The notes below the pieces were generated by a model. It saw only the letters and a program-made list of their open reading frames with translations. It did not search any database and had not been told where the DNA came from. Source: a virus (Duplodnaviria > Heunggongvirae > Uroviricota > Caudoviricetes). Taken from it: DNA of 64,000 bases. The position numbers were made by a program, and so were the translations under genes. The DNA lies in the IMG/VR virus record IMGVR_UViG_3300029711_000004, one strand, 5' to 3'. Each line of letters opens with the position of its first letter. The stretch's first letter is position 1. Below are positions 41,374-51,299 of this stretch, piece by piece.

Positions 41374-43101
41374 TTGTGTTTAAGGAAGAGTAAATTGAGT
41401 AACTTACGCGAATACCAGAATCGTATTGCAGATATCGCAAAACGCTCTAAAGCTGTGCTTGGCTGGGCAAGCACTGCGCAGTTCGGTACTGATAACCAAT
41501 TCATTAAAGATGATGCCGCGCGTGCCGCATCTATCCTTGAAGCTGCACGTAAAGACCCGGTTTTTGCGGGTATCTCTGATAATGCCACCGCTCAAATCGC
41601 TACAGCGTGGGCAAGTGCACTGGCTGACTACGCCGCAGCACATAAATCTATGCCGCGTCCGGAAATTCTGGCCTCCTGCCACCAGACGCTGGAAAACTGC
41701 CTGATAGAGTCCACCCGCAATAGCATGGATGCCACTAATAAAGCGATGCTGGAATCCGTCGCAGCAGAGATGATGAGCGTTTCTGACGGTGTTATGCGTC
41801 TGCCTTTATTCCTCGCGATGATCCTGCCTGTTCAGTTGGGGGCAGCTACCGCTGATGCGTGTACCTTCATTCCGGTTACGCGTGACCAGTCCGACATCTA
41901 TGAAGTCTTTAACGTGGCAGGTTCCTCTTTTGGTTCTTATGCTGCTGGTGATGTTCTGGACATGCAATCCGTCGGTGTGTACAGCCAGTTACGTCGCCGC
42001 TATGTGCTGGTGGCAAGCTCCGATGGCACTAGCAAAACCGCAACCTTCAAGATGGAAGACTTCGAAGGCCAGAATGTACCAATCCGAAAAGGTCGCACTA
42101 ACATCTACGTTAACCGTATTAAGTCTGTTGTTGATAACGGTTCCGGCAGCCTACTTCACTCGTTTACTAATGCTGCTGGTGAGCAAATCACTGTTACCTG
42201 CTCTCTGAACTACAACATTGGTCAGATTGCCCTGTCGTTCTCCAAAGCGCCGGATAAAGGCACTGAGATCGCAATTGAGACGGAAATCAATATTGAAGCC
42301 GCTCCTGAGCTGATCCCGCTGATCAACCACGAAATGAAGAAATACACCCTGTTCCCAAGTCAGTTCGTTATCGCGGCTGAGCACACGGTACAGGCGGCGT
42401 ATGAAGCACAGCGTGAATTTGGTCTGGACCTGGGTTCCCTACAGTTCCGCACCCTGAAGGAATACCTGTCTCATGAACAGGATATGCTGCGTCTTCGCAT
42501 CATGATCTGGCGTACTCTTGCGACCGACACCTTTGACATCGCTCTGCCGGTTAACCAGTCCTTTGATGTATGGGCAACCATCATTCGTGGCAAATTCCAG
42601 ACTGTATATCGCGACATTATTGAGCGCGTTAAATCTTCTGGTGCGATGGGGATGTTTGCTGGTGCTGATGCAGCATCTTTCTTCAAACAGTTGCCGAAGG
42701 ATTTCTTCCAGCCAGCCGAAGACTATATCCAGACTCCGTATGTTCACTACATCGGTACCCTGTTCGGTAACGTGAAAGTGTACGAAGTACCTGCTGGTAT
42801 TTGTAAGAACTTAACGACAGAGAACATTCAGTTCAGCTCGATGGATGTGCTGTGCTACGTCCGTGATGAAAATCCGGGTAAAGCAGGCTTCGTGACTGGT
42901 GATGCTGTCCCGGCTATCCCGTTCCAGCATCCGACCACTCCGGCGCTGGTCAACCGTACCACACTGTGGGGTTCGGCTATCAACGATATGCACCCACGCA
43001 ACGGCGCTGATTACTTCACTCGTGTAACGCTGACAATGGCCAAAAAAGGCGGGCTTAACTTCATTAGCGGCGACACGATTGATGCCGGTGACTCTGAGTA
43101 A
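41374..43101 (+). CDS. Virion structural protein, probable head protein (gene 23 position), 575 aa
   Basis: ORF track; AAGGAAG RBS region; first gene after parS. Confidence 0.6.
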   Translation: MCLRKSKLSNLREYQNRIADIAKRSKAVLGWASTAQFGTDNQFIKDDAARAASILEAARKDPVFAGISDNATAQIATAWASALADYAAAHKSMPRPEILASCHQTLENCLIESTRNSMDATNKAMLESVAAEMMSVSDGVMRLPLFLAMILPVQLGAATADACTFIPVTRDQSDIYEVFNVAGSSFGSYAAGDVLDMQSVGVYSQLRRRYVLVASSDGTSKTATFKMEDFEGQNVPIRKGRTNIYVNRIKSVVDNGSGSLLHSFTNAAGEQITVTCSLNYNIGQIALSFSKAPDKGTEIAIETEINIEAAPELIPLINHEMKKYTLFPSQFVIAAEHTVQAAYEAQREFGLDLGSLQFRTLKEYLSHEQDMLRLRIMIWRTLATDTFDIALPVNQSFDVWATIIRGKFQTVYRDIIERVKSSGAMGMFAGADAASFFKQLPKDFFQPAEDYIQTPYVHYIGTLFGNVKVYEVPAGICKNLTTENIQFSSMDVLCYVRDENPGKAGFVTGDAVPAIPFQHPTTPALVNRTTLWGSAINDMHPRNGADYFTRVTLTMAKKGGLNFISGDTIDAGDSE

Positions 43102-43161
43102 TCAGGGGAAGTTCTCCGTTTAACATAGCGCCCCCGTGCGGGGCGCATAACAGGGAAAGTT

Positions 43162-44751
43162 ATGTCTCAATATTCAATTCAACAGTCATTAGGTAATGCA
43201 TCCGGCGTCGCGGTTAGCCCGATCAATGCCGATGCGACGTTATCTACCGGTGTTGCATTAAATAGCAGCTTGTGGGCTGGTATTGGCGTATTTGCGCGTG
43301 GCAAGCCGTTTACTGTTCTTGCGGTTACTGAGTCCAATTACGAAGATGTTCTCGGCGAACCGCTGAAGCCGTCTTCCGGCTCACAGTTCGAACCAATTCG
43401 CCATGTATACGAAGCTATTCAGCAAACGTCTGGTTATGTTGTTCGCGCTGTTCCGGATGATGCGAAGTTCCCGATTATTATGTTCGATGAATCAGGCGAA
43501 CCGGCTTACAGTGCGTTGCCATACGGTTCTGAAATTGAACTTGATAGTGGCGAAGCCTTTGCTATCTACGTTGATGATGGTGATCCGTGTATTTCACCTA
43601 CCCGTGAGTTAACCATCGAAACGGCAACAGCGGACAGCGCGGGTAATGAACGCTTCCTCTTAAAACTGACCCAGACGACTTCGCTCGGCGTGGTAACGAC
43701 CCTGGAGACACACACTGTGTCTTTGGCGGAAGAAGCGAAAGATGACATGGGCCGCTTGTGTTATCTGCCTACGGCTCTGGAAGCCCGTTCTAAATATCTG
43801 CGCGCGGTTGTTAATGAAGAGCTGATTTCGACAGCGAAAGTAACAAACAAAAAATCGTTGGCGTTCACTGGCGGTACCAACGGCGATCAGTCGAAAATCT
43901 CAACCGCTGCGTACCTGCGTGCGGTGAAAGTGCTGAACAATGCGCCGTACATGTACACCGCTGTTCTCGGCCTGGGGTGCTATGACAATGCGGCGATCAC
44001 TGCGTTAGGTAATATCTGTTCTGATCGCCTGATTGATGGCTTCTTTGATGTCAAACCGACATTGACGTACACGGAAGCGATCTCTGCTGTTGAAGATACC
44101 GGTTTACTTGGTACCGATTATGTAAGCTGTGCTGTCTATCATTTCCCGTTCTCCTGCAAAGACAAATGGACCCAATCCCGCGTGGTCTTCGGTCTGTCTG
44201 GCGCGGCGTATGCGGCGAAAGCTCGTGGCGTCAAGAAAAACTCCGATGTCGGCGGTTGGCATTACTCACCGGCTGGTGAAGAACGTGCCGTCATAGCTCG
44301 TGCATCACTTCAGCCGCTGTATCCTGAAGACACCCCGGACGAAGAAGCTATGGTCAAGGGCCGACTCAATAAAGTATCTGTAGGTACTTCGGGCCAGATG
44401 ATCATCGATGATGCTTTAACTTGCTGCACGCAGGACAACTATCTGCATTTCCAGCACGTCCCATCCCTGATGAACGCAATCAGCCGTTTCTTTGTCCAGT
44501 TAGCCCGACAGATGAAGCATAACCCGGACGGCATTACTGAGTCTGGCCTGACTAAAGGGATGACCAAACTTTTGGATCGCTTTGTCGCCTCCGGCGCTCT
44601 GGTGGCTCCTCGTGATCCTGATGCTGACGGTACAGAACCGTATGTGCTGAAAGTTACGCAGGCGGAATTCGATAAATGGGAAGTAGTCTGGGCCTGCTGC
44701 CCGACTGGCGTAGCCCGTCGTATCCAGGGCGTACCGCTGCTTATTAAGTAA
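43162..44751 (+). CDS. Probable tail sheath protein (gene 22 position), 529 aa
   Basis: ORF track; size and synteny. Confidence 0.55.
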   Translation: MSQYSIQQSLGNASGVAVSPINADATLSTGVALNSSLWAGIGVFARGKPFTVLAVTESNYEDVLGEPLKPSSGSQFEPIRHVYEAIQQTSGYVVRAVPDDAKFPIIMFDESGEPAYSALPYGSEIELDSGEAFAIYVDDGDPCISPTRELTIETATADSAGNERFLLKLTQTTSLGVVTTLETHTVSLAEEAKDDMGRLCYLPTALEARSKYLRAVVNEELISTAKVTNKKSLAFTGGTNGDQSKISTAAYLRAVKVLNNAPYMYTAVLGLGCYDNAAITALGNICSDRLIDGFFDVKPTLTYTEAISAVEDTGLLGTDYVSCAVYHFPFSCKDKWTQSRVVFGLSGAAYAAKARGVKKNSDVGGWHYSPAGEERAVIARASLQPLYPEDTPDEEAMVKGRLNKVSVGTSGQMIIDDALTCCTQDNYLHFQHVPSLMNAISRFFVQLARQMKHNPDGITESGLTKGMTKLLDRFVASGALVAPRDPDADGTEPYVLKVTQAEFDKWEVVWACCPTGVARRIQGVPLLIK

Positions 44752-44760
44752 GGAAATACA

Positions 44761-45576
44761 ATGAGCAAAAACTTTTTTCAATCCGGGGCATTTTTGGGGA
44801 ATGGACTGTCTCGTTTCGCTTTGAACTCTGATCCTGTGCAGTTGATGGAGTCTGCCCGAGCAAGCGCCGAACCGACAACAGATCCGGTTATTAATAATAA
44901 TCCGGAACCGGCGGCACAGACTAACGATAACGTTCCATCTGCCACGGCTCCTGAGCAAATCCTGGAAGGGAAAGACGGTAAAGAATGGACCGTCGAACAG
45001 GCGCACCAGATGATTCTGGAAGCTGCAAATCGAAGTGCTATGCAGAATGCGTTGAGTGATGCGGCCGACGCCGTTTTCGCCTGGGCTGATAGCGGTGATC
45101 TGACTTTCGACTCCCTTGATGGTTTCGTTCAGGCTATCGCTGGTATCTCTGATGACGACGACTCCGAAGTTACAGAAGAACAGGACGATGCCTATAACGA
45201 AGCATGGGCAAATGTTGCTGACTTCCTCGCAGCATGCGGTGTAGATGATGACCTGATCGAAGCACTGGCTGACGATGAAGACGACGACGCAGCTGCTGAT
45301 GTTGGTGCCTCTATCGCTGGTTTAGATAGCGACGACCGTGACGAACTGGAAGCGGCGTTTGTTGTTGCTGGCACTTCTGATGAAATGCTGACTGAAGCAT
45401 TTAAGAAGGTTGTTCGTAACGGTGAGATCAAACTCATCCGTAAACGCCTGCGTAAAAAACGTCTGACTGCGGCTCAAAAATCGGCGCTGAAAAAAGCGCG
45501 TCGTAAAGCCCAGACCGGCGCGGCAAAACTGGCCCGCAAAAAGTCAATGAAACTGCGCCGTAAGCGCCTCGGCTAA
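44761..45576 (+). CDS. Acidic structural/assembly protein (271 aa) with basic C-terminal tail
   Basis: ORF track; D/E-rich centre, K/R-rich end. Confidence 0.55.
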   Translation: MSKNFFQSGAFLGNGLSRFALNSDPVQLMESARASAEPTTDPVINNNPEPAAQTNDNVPSATAPEQILEGKDGKEWTVEQAHQMILEAANRSAMQNALSDAADAVFAWADSGDLTFDSLDGFVQAIAGISDDDDSEVTEEQDDAYNEAWANVADFLAACGVDDDLIEALADDEDDDAAADVGASIAGLDSDDRDELEAAFVVAGTSDEMLTEAFKKVVRNGEIKLIRKRLRKKRLTAAQKSALKKARRKAQTGAAKLARKKSMKLRRKRLG

Positions 45577-45611
45577 AGGAGGAGGCCGGAGAACTCCGGC
45601 CTTTAACTTGA

Positions 45612-46193
45612 ATGGCACCTATACCTTATGGGGTTTACAGCCAGGCTGACGGTGTATCGCCATATCTGAAAGTTACTTTAACGAACTCTCAGTACCAGGT
45701 TACCGGATATATCAGCCAGGGAGCGGCAATGAACATGGCCCAGAATTGGGAAGCGCCGTTTACCGGTATGTCCATGGGATCTGTTGCTGGTGCCTTCAGT
45801 GGTTTTGCGCAGGTTGGTACTGAAACAACGTCGGTTGCCCGTTGGAACAGCTTAATGGTTTGGGAAGGGGGAACACCGCCGACTTTCACGCTGCCAGTAA
45901 CTTTCATCGCTTTGTTTGACCCATTCACGGAGGTTTCAGGAGCTATCGCCGCATTGTCAGCGATGATTAGCCCGGAACTTAAAGATGCCAGTATTGGTGG
46001 TCGAATCCCGGAGCGTGTGACGCTAAACATTGGTCGCCGGATCAACATCATTGATGTCGCTATCCAGGACATAAGTTTCGATCTCGATGCGCCCAGGGAC
46101 AGCAATGGGCATTTCCTGAAAAACACCGTCAACCTCCAGTTGACCGGTTCTTCGATATATAACAGCTCCGATATTGTTCGGGCGTTCCAGTAA
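45612..46193 (+). CDS. Hypothetical virion protein (193 aa)
   Basis: ORF track. Confidence 0.55.
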   Translation: MAPIPYGVYSQADGVSPYLKVTLTNSQYQVTGYISQGAAMNMAQNWEAPFTGMSMGSVAGAFSGFAQVGTETTSVARWNSLMVWEGGTPPTFTLPVTFIALFDPFTEVSGAIAALSAMISPELKDASIGGRIPERVTLNIGRRINIIDVAIQDISFDLDAPRDSNGHFLKNTVNLQLTGSSIYNSSDIVRAFQ

Positions 46194-46204
46194 AAGGATT
46201 TTAT

Positions 46205-46714
46205 ATGGGGCACAATAATACTAAGGGAAACCGTAAATTTATTAAGGGCCGCTATACTGCCAACGCGGCCAAAGGCGAACGACTGGTATCTTCTGAATTC
46301 CAGCTCACTTTTGCAGGCCATGAAGATATCAGCGTACTGGTTCGCACGTCGCAAATTCCTGAAATGACCCGCGAGGATGTGGAGGACTATGGTCCGAATG
46401 GTGTGAAGTTCAACCAGCACGGTCCAATTCGAAACTCTGGGGAAATCCAGGTCCAGTGCGTGGAGACTATCGAAGGCGATATTCTTCAGTTCATTAAAGA
46501 TCGCATTGCGGCGAAGGACTATGTTGATATCACGATGGCTGCGACCCCTGAATCCAAATCTTCCGGGGTTAACGCTGTGACAAAAGCTGCTACAACAATT
46601 GAAATGTTGGACTGCAAAATCTACAGTGATGCAATCGACTTTAGTACCGAAGATGTGACTGCCGCTGTGCGCCCGTCACTTCGTATCGTCTACAACTGGA
46701 TTGATTGGGATTAA
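46205..46714 (+). CDS. Hypothetical virion protein (169 aa)
   Basis: ORF track; followed by strong terminator. Confidence 0.55.
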   Translation: MGHNNTKGNRKFIKGRYTANAAKGERLVSSEFQLTFAGHEDISVLVRTSQIPEMTREDVEDYGPNGVKFNQHGPIRNSGEIQVQCVETIEGDILQFIKDRIAAKDYVDITMAATPESKSSGVNAVTKAATTIEMLDCKIYSDAIDFSTEDVTAAVRPSLRIVYNWIDWD

Positions 46715-46733
46715 GAGTCATCCCTTGTATTTT

Positions 46734-46757
46734 AAAGCTCCTTCGGGAGCTTTTTTA
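46734..46757 (+). terminator. Rho-independent terminator
   Basis: AAAGCTCC-TTCG-GGAGCTTTTTTATTT. Confidence 0.85.
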
Positions 46758-46830
46758 TTTGGAGAGGAAAGGGTGCATTGAGGATACCTGACACACGAAG
46801 AGTGGCGGGGATCTCTCCCCGCCAGGTCTC

Positions 46831-46986
46831 TTACCTTTCAGATTCGTAGGCTGTGAAGACAGTGACCTCCGTCTGGCCGGTTCGGATTCGTACCTCGCAG
46901 AGGTCTTTCCTCGTTACCAGTGCCGTCACAATGACGGTTAAACAGATGACGATCAGAGCGATTAACATCGCTTTTTGCTGCTTCAT
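46831..46986 (-). CDS. Hok/Gef-family type I toxin (51 aa)
   Basis: MKQQKAMLIALIVICLTVIVTALVTRKDLCEVRIRTGQTEVTVFTAYESER, near-identical pattern to Gef/Hok; absent from ORF track. Confidence 0.85.
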   Translation of the reverse strand: MKQQKAMLIALIVICLTVIVTALVTRKDLCEVRIRTGQTEVTVFTAYESER

Positions 46987-47044
46987 AGCCTGCTTCTCCT
47001 TGACCTTTTGGTCGGTAAGAGGCTAATCTACGTATGCTAAGCAT
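46838..47044 (-). CDS. mok-like overlapping reading frame
   Basis: ORF-track 68-aa frame spans the hok-like gene in another frame and starts upstream. Confidence 0.35.
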   Translation of the reverse strand: MLSIRRLASYRPKGQGEAGYEAAKSDVNRSDRHLFNRHCDGTGNEERPLRGTNPNRPDGGHCLHSLRI

Positions 47045-47167
47045 AGATATGGCCTCAGATTAATGTTAAGCGTCTTGCAGGACGCGTAATGTTATCTGGG
47101 GCTTTCTTCTATCTGCTTTTCTGGTAATGCCTGAAGCAGATAGCTTCAAGCACCCGCAACGATTGTA

Positions 47168-47413
47168 TCAATGTCTGGCTTTTTTTCTATAGAAATCACC
47201 TGGAAGGGTGAATATCCACATCAGAAGAAATGTTGCAGCAAACATGATCCCTAATGGCCAGATTGCGCCAAAGAAAATCCATACTAAGATCTCCTCTGCT
47301 CGTTCTTTGCGGTCGATATCGACAAGCATTTTTCGGCTGATTATGTATACACAGAAGCCAATACAAACATATCCTGCAAAAGCGAACGCTAACTGTAAAA
47401 AATCAGATTGCAT
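47168..47413 (-). CDS. Small membrane protein (81 aa, two predicted TM helices)
   Basis: Start at MQSDFLQ with GAGGT RBS; operator-like ATTAGAGCAAT core 40 bp upstream. Confidence 0.5.
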   Translation of the reverse strand: MQSDFLQLAFAFAGYVCIGFCVYIISRKMLVDIDRKERAEEILVWIFFGAIWPLGIMFAATFLLMWIFTLPGDFYRKKARH

Positions 47414-47463
47414 CTCCGACCTCAAACTGAAAACACCAGGTGACTCCAGATTAGAGCAATCTA

Positions 47464-48309
47464 TCACCCTCTGAATCCTGCCGGTATACCCCATTGTTCG
47501 TTATCTTTATTTTTGGCTAAAACCGCATTAAGAGCTTCGTTTACCGTCATGCAATGCGGCAGATTATCGAAGTTTGATACCCCGCCAATATCAGGAGAAC
47601 GCTTGTTCTTCAGGTAAGCATATTTCCGCGCTGCCGCCTCTACTTTCTGCTTGAACTCATGTTTTTGAGCGCGTTTTTTGGATAACCGCAGATTGTCAGC
47701 CTTTGCTTTTGCCTCAGCGATCCATGAAGTCAATTTTTTGAGTCTGGTCGTTCCGGCACCGCCGGAAACTGATCTTTTTGTTTTTTTAACTTGTGACTTC
47801 TTATTCTTTATTGCCACGTCATCCTGACAGGGGGAGGGGGTATCATTTTGACATGGGGGTGTGGATAAAAAATTAAATAAAGCCAATGTCTTAGCGAGAA
47901 CAGCTTTAACCTTGGTTGCCGCTGAAGAGATCTTTAATTTGCTTTCAATCAGCGCATTTTTGGCTTGTTGTGCGAAGGCCAAAAAGGATGGTGTAAACCG
48001 GTACAGGTTAGCGCGACGTTCACGGTGATCGCCGATAACAATCTCTACAGACAGAATTCCTTTGTTTACAGCTTCACGGAATGCACGAACGACGGTTGAT
48101 TGGCTATAACCAGTTTCTGCCGCGATCAGGCGGTGAGGCTTGTGAATGAAGTATTCACTGGTTGTTGCCGCGAGATTTGCACATTGCGACAGGATATGCC
48201 CGGCGCTACGGGATAGACCGGAGTGTGTTACAAAGCAGGCCAATTCATAGCCAGAAAAAGTAAAATCGCTCATCGTTATACAGCTCAGGAAAGTGACTTT
48301 AGCCAGCAT
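47464..48309 (-). CDS. repL: RepL lytic replication initiator (281 aa)
   Basis: 281-aa ORF downstream of kilA. Confidence 0.8.
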   Translation of the reverse strand: MLAKVTFLSCITMSDFTFSGYELACFVTHSGLSRSAGHILSQCANLAATTSEYFIHKPHRLIAAETGYSQSTVVRAFREAVNKGILSVEIVIGDHRERRANLYRFTPSFLAFAQQAKNALIESKLKISSAATKVKAVLAKTLALFNFLSTPPCQNDTPSPCQDDVAIKNKKSQVKKTKRSVSGGAGTTRLKKLTSWIAEAKAKADNLRLSKKRAQKHEFKQKVEAAARKYAYLKNKRSPDIGGVSNFDNLPHCMTVNEALNAVLAKNKDNEQWGIPAGFRG

Positions 48310-48338
48310 TACAATGCTGGTGGTTCTTACTACGTCTG

Positions 48339-49139
48339 TTAGCGCGTTGCCGCGACAGGTACCAGCACACCAGCATCAAGCAATCGCTTCATCAGCCACT
48401 GCTGACCTTTGCCGGTTATACGAGTCGTGAAAGAAATCCTGCTTCCATTGCTTGTATCGATCACGGTTTCTTTAAGGGTGAAATACCCACGGGATATGTA
48501 TTCTTGTTTGGGGACGTTTCTGCGTTCACCGGTTGCGATCAGAATTCCGTTATCACGCAACCAGGTGAAGAGATAGTTTTGGCCCAGGCCGAGCACTTTG
48601 GCATAGTTGCCGATTAGAACCCCGCTGGCGGTAGCAACGCGTTCGGCGAATTCGACTTTAGGTGCATCCATCAGCATTTTTTGCTCCAGCCGTTGCTTTT
48701 GCTCTGCCAGGTCAGCAGCCAAACGGAGAGCTTCTGGGAGGCTCTTCGGAATAGCAGGTTGTAATCTTCCAGCTCGATAGTCGATAAATGTCTGGTTTAC
48801 CTTCAGCCGAAACGCGGGAGAAATCCAACCAGCGTACTCCACTGCGAGCAATTCATGGGCAAAAGTGCCGCCGCCACGGCCTTCGAACGAAACTATGCAA
48901 TTCTGCATAGTTTCTTTTTCAAGCTCTTCGATGAGCTGTTTGGCTGACAGCGTTCTTAGCCATTGAGCTGGCGCTTTATGGGCACCGAGTCCGCTCGCTC
49001 TGTGTAGAGCATTAAGGTTATAACGGCCAGCGCGGTCGGTCGTAATTTCAACACCACAAATAACAGGCAGGGTGGTTGAAGGATCGACATTTTGATGAAG
49101 GTTTGATATATTCATATCCGCATTGAATGTTTGTTGCAT
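48339..49139 (-). CDS. kilA: KilA (266 aa): KilA-N domain plus antirepressor-type C-terminal domain
   Basis: C-terminal region paralogous to Ant C-terminus; operator upstream. Confidence 0.8.
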   Translation of the reverse strand: MQQTFNADMNISNLHQNVDPSTTLPVICGVEITTDRAGRYNLNALHRASGLGAHKAPAQWLRTLSAKQLIEELEKETMQNCIVSFEGRGGGTFAHELLAVEYAGWISPAFRLKVNQTFIDYRAGRLQPAIPKSLPEALRLAADLAEQKQRLEQKMLMDAPKVEFAERVATASGVLIGNYAKVLGLGQNYLFTWLRDNGILIATGERRNVPKQEYISRGYFTLKETVIDTSNGSRISFTTRITGKGQQWLMKRLLDAGVLVPVAATR

Positions 49140-49208
49140 TTTTTCTCCAAATTTGCATCAACCTTCAATCACCAGCTCGAAATGGTGATTCTTTGCACTT
49201 AGAAAACG

Positions 49209-49225
49209 AAATTTATTAGAGCAAA
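49209..49225 (-). promoter_or_regulatory. C1 operator (Op53-type) controlling kilA-repL
   Basis: AAATTTATTAGAGCAAa, 16/17. Confidence 0.75.
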
Positions 49226-49259
49226 TTTTTCTAACTCGATCCAGATCGGGTTGGTCGAT

Positions 49260-49975
49260 CTGCTCAGAAACCTGCCAGTTTGCTGGCAGGTTTTTTTGTG
49301 CACAGAAAACCCCCAGCTAGGCTGGGGGTTCCGGAAAGCTTTCAGCTTTAAGCCAGTTATTAAAACCCCTTTTGATTTGTTAAAACACCTTGCGGTCTGG
49401 CAACTGCAAGTGTCAAACAAGAAATCAAAAGGGGGTCCCAATGGGGAACGAAAAGAGCTTAGCGCACACCCGATGGAACTGTAAATATCACATAGTATTT
49501 GCGCCAAAATACCGAAGACAGGTGTTCTACAGAGAGAAGCGTAGAGCAATAGGCAGTATTTTGAGAAAGCTGTGTGAGTGGAAAAGTGTACGGATTCTGG
49601 AAGCTGAATGCTGTGCAGATCATATCCATATGCTTGTGGAGATCCCGCCCAAAATGAGCGTATCCGGCTTTATGGGATATCTGAAAGGGAAAAGCAGTCT
49701 GATGCTTTACGAGCAGTTTGGTGATTTGAAATTCAAATACAGGAACAGGGAGTTCTGGTGCAGAGGGTACTACGTCGATACGGTGGGTAAGAACACGGCG
49801 AAGATACAGGATTACATAAAGCACCAGCTTGAAGAGGATAAAATGGGAGAGCAGTTATCGATTCCCTATCCGGGCAGCCCGTTTACGGGCCGTAAGTAAC
49901 GAAGTTGGATGCAAATGTCAGATCGTGTGCGCCTGTTAGGGCGCGGCTGGTAAGAGAGCCTTATAGGCGCATTTG
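49260..49975 (+). mobile_element. IS200 insertion sequence (IS200/IS605 family); ends approximate within about 30 bp
   Basis: IS200-type TnpA ORF preceded by terminator hairpin and a second hairpin; subterminal hairpins at right end. Confidence 0.8.
49441..49899 (+). CDS. tnpA: IS200 transposase TnpA (HUH Y1), 152 aa
   Basis: MGNEKSLAHTRWNCKYHIVFAPKYRRQVFY...HIHMLVEIPPKMS... Confidence 0.92.
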   Translation: MGNEKSLAHTRWNCKYHIVFAPKYRRQVFYREKRRAIGSILRKLCEWKSVRILEAECCADHIHMLVEIPPKMSVSGFMGYLKGKSSLMLYEQFGDLKFKYRNREFWCRGYYVDTVGKNTAKIQDYIKHQLEEDKMGEQLSIPYPGSPFTGRK

Positions 49976-49999
49976 AAAAACCTCCGGCTATGCCGGAGG
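49975..49999 (-). terminator. Rho-independent terminator after ant
   Basis: cctccggc-atag-ccggagg hairpin then TTTTTC on minus strand; could instead belong to IS200 right end. Confidence 0.55.
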
Positions 50000-50015
50000 A
50001 TATTTATTTCTTTTG

Positions 50016-51059
50016 TTAACCTATTGCTACTGGTTTTAACAAACCAGCATCAAGTAGCTTGCGAGTTAACCACTGCTGGCCTTTACCCGTTAATTGGGGC
50101 GTCAGCCGTATCTGGTAGCCATTTTCATCATCCAGCACCACTTCTTTCACCGTGAAATACCCGGCGTTAATGTACTGCTGGCGCGGTACGTTTTTGCGCG
50201 CACCAAAAGCCATGAGAATGCCGTTCTGGCGCAACCATGAGAAAAGGGCGTTTTGCTTAAGTCCAACGACCTTTGCAAAGTTCCCGATCAGGATTCCATT
50301 GGCCACTGATACCCGGTCGGCAAAATCGACTTTAGGGGCTGCGGCCACCAGCTGTTGTTCCAGCTGCATTTTCTGTTCTGCCAACTCGGCAGCCAGGCGT
50401 AGAGCTTCTGGTAATGTTTGGGGGATCGATGGGGCAGGGGAGTTTGCCTGCTGCAATTCTTCCAGTTTGTCGATCAGCGAACGGCGGACGGCTTTTGATT
50501 CGCGTGCGGCGACTCGCAGGGCTTGTTTGTAGGTCATGGTTATGACAACCATAGGCGTACCGCCACCTGGCGGCACGGTTGCACTTTTTGTGTAACCGTC
50601 CTCACCTTCTAATTCGTCGAGTATTTTTTCGATGAATTTGTTGTTCCGAACCTCTGGTTCCCCACATAACTTACGCGCTTCATTGACCATCTTTAACAGT
50701 GTCAGGCTGTCGATTGTGTCTCCGGTGTTGGGGATGATATTCACGGCTGGTGCTGGCGTAGCTGACGTAACAGGTGCTGTTTTTTCAACATTCAAATTAT
50801 TACCGGTCATTCTATGTGCCTCCTTTCTCATTTCTGCTGCCACTGTTGCGTAACGTAGACGTCCTTGTTCAATCAAATAATCCCTGATCTCGGCTATCAG
50901 TAGCTTGTTGATCACAGCCTTATCTGTTCGGGTATAAAAACGTCTGGTTATCATGAAATAGTTGGCAATTGCGCCGGGGATCTCCCGTGTCGGCATACAG
51001 GCAGTGTGCAGGGCGATCGCTTCGGCTATGTCATTACGGGTGACGAGAGGTTTTTTCAT
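50016..51059 (-). CDS. ant1: Antirepressor Ant (immI), 347 aa
   Basis: C-terminal domain paralogous to KilA C-terminus; coupled to icd. Confidence 0.8.
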   Translation of the reverse strand: MKKPLVTRNDIAEAIALHTACMPTREIPGAIANYFMITRRFYTRTDKAVINKLLIAEIRDYLIEQGRLRYATVAAEMRKEAHRMTGNNLNVEKTAPVTSATPAPAVNIIPNTGDTIDSLTLLKMVNEARKLCGEPEVRNNKFIEKILDELEGEDGYTKSATVPPGGGTPMVVITMTYKQALRVAARESKAVRRSLIDKLEELQQANSPAPSIPQTLPEALRLAAELAEQKMQLEQQLVAAAPKVDFADRVSVANGILIGNFAKVVGLKQNALFSWLRQNGILMAFGARKNVPRQQYINAGYFTVKEVVLDDENGYQIRLTPQLTGKGQQWLTRKLLDAGLLKPVAIG

Positions 51060-51277
51060 AAACCCCCCTGAACGTCGGCAGAGAAGGGGAGGCTCCAGTA
51101 ACTAAGTGAATTGCGCGAGTTAGTTGAAAAACGGGCAGTAAAAATGCAGGGGCCGTCAGGCAATTGAGAGCGTGCTTCGTCTTCTGTTGCTGCGATAACG
51201 AAGTGATAGTGGTGTTTTTTACAGGAATAGAAACGCCAGATGAATTCTTGGCGTGCGCAAGGATTGGCATTAACCAT
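51056..51277 (-). CDS. icd: Icd, cell-division inhibitor (73 aa), overlapping ant start
   Basis: 73-aa frame ending in ATGA overlap with ant ATG. Confidence 0.6.
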   Translation of the reverse strand: MVNANPCARQEFIWRFYSCKKHHYHFVIAATEDEARSQLPDGPCIFTARFSTNSRNSLSYWSLPFSADVQGGL

Positions 51278-51299
51278 AGTTACGGCCTCACAATCAGGT

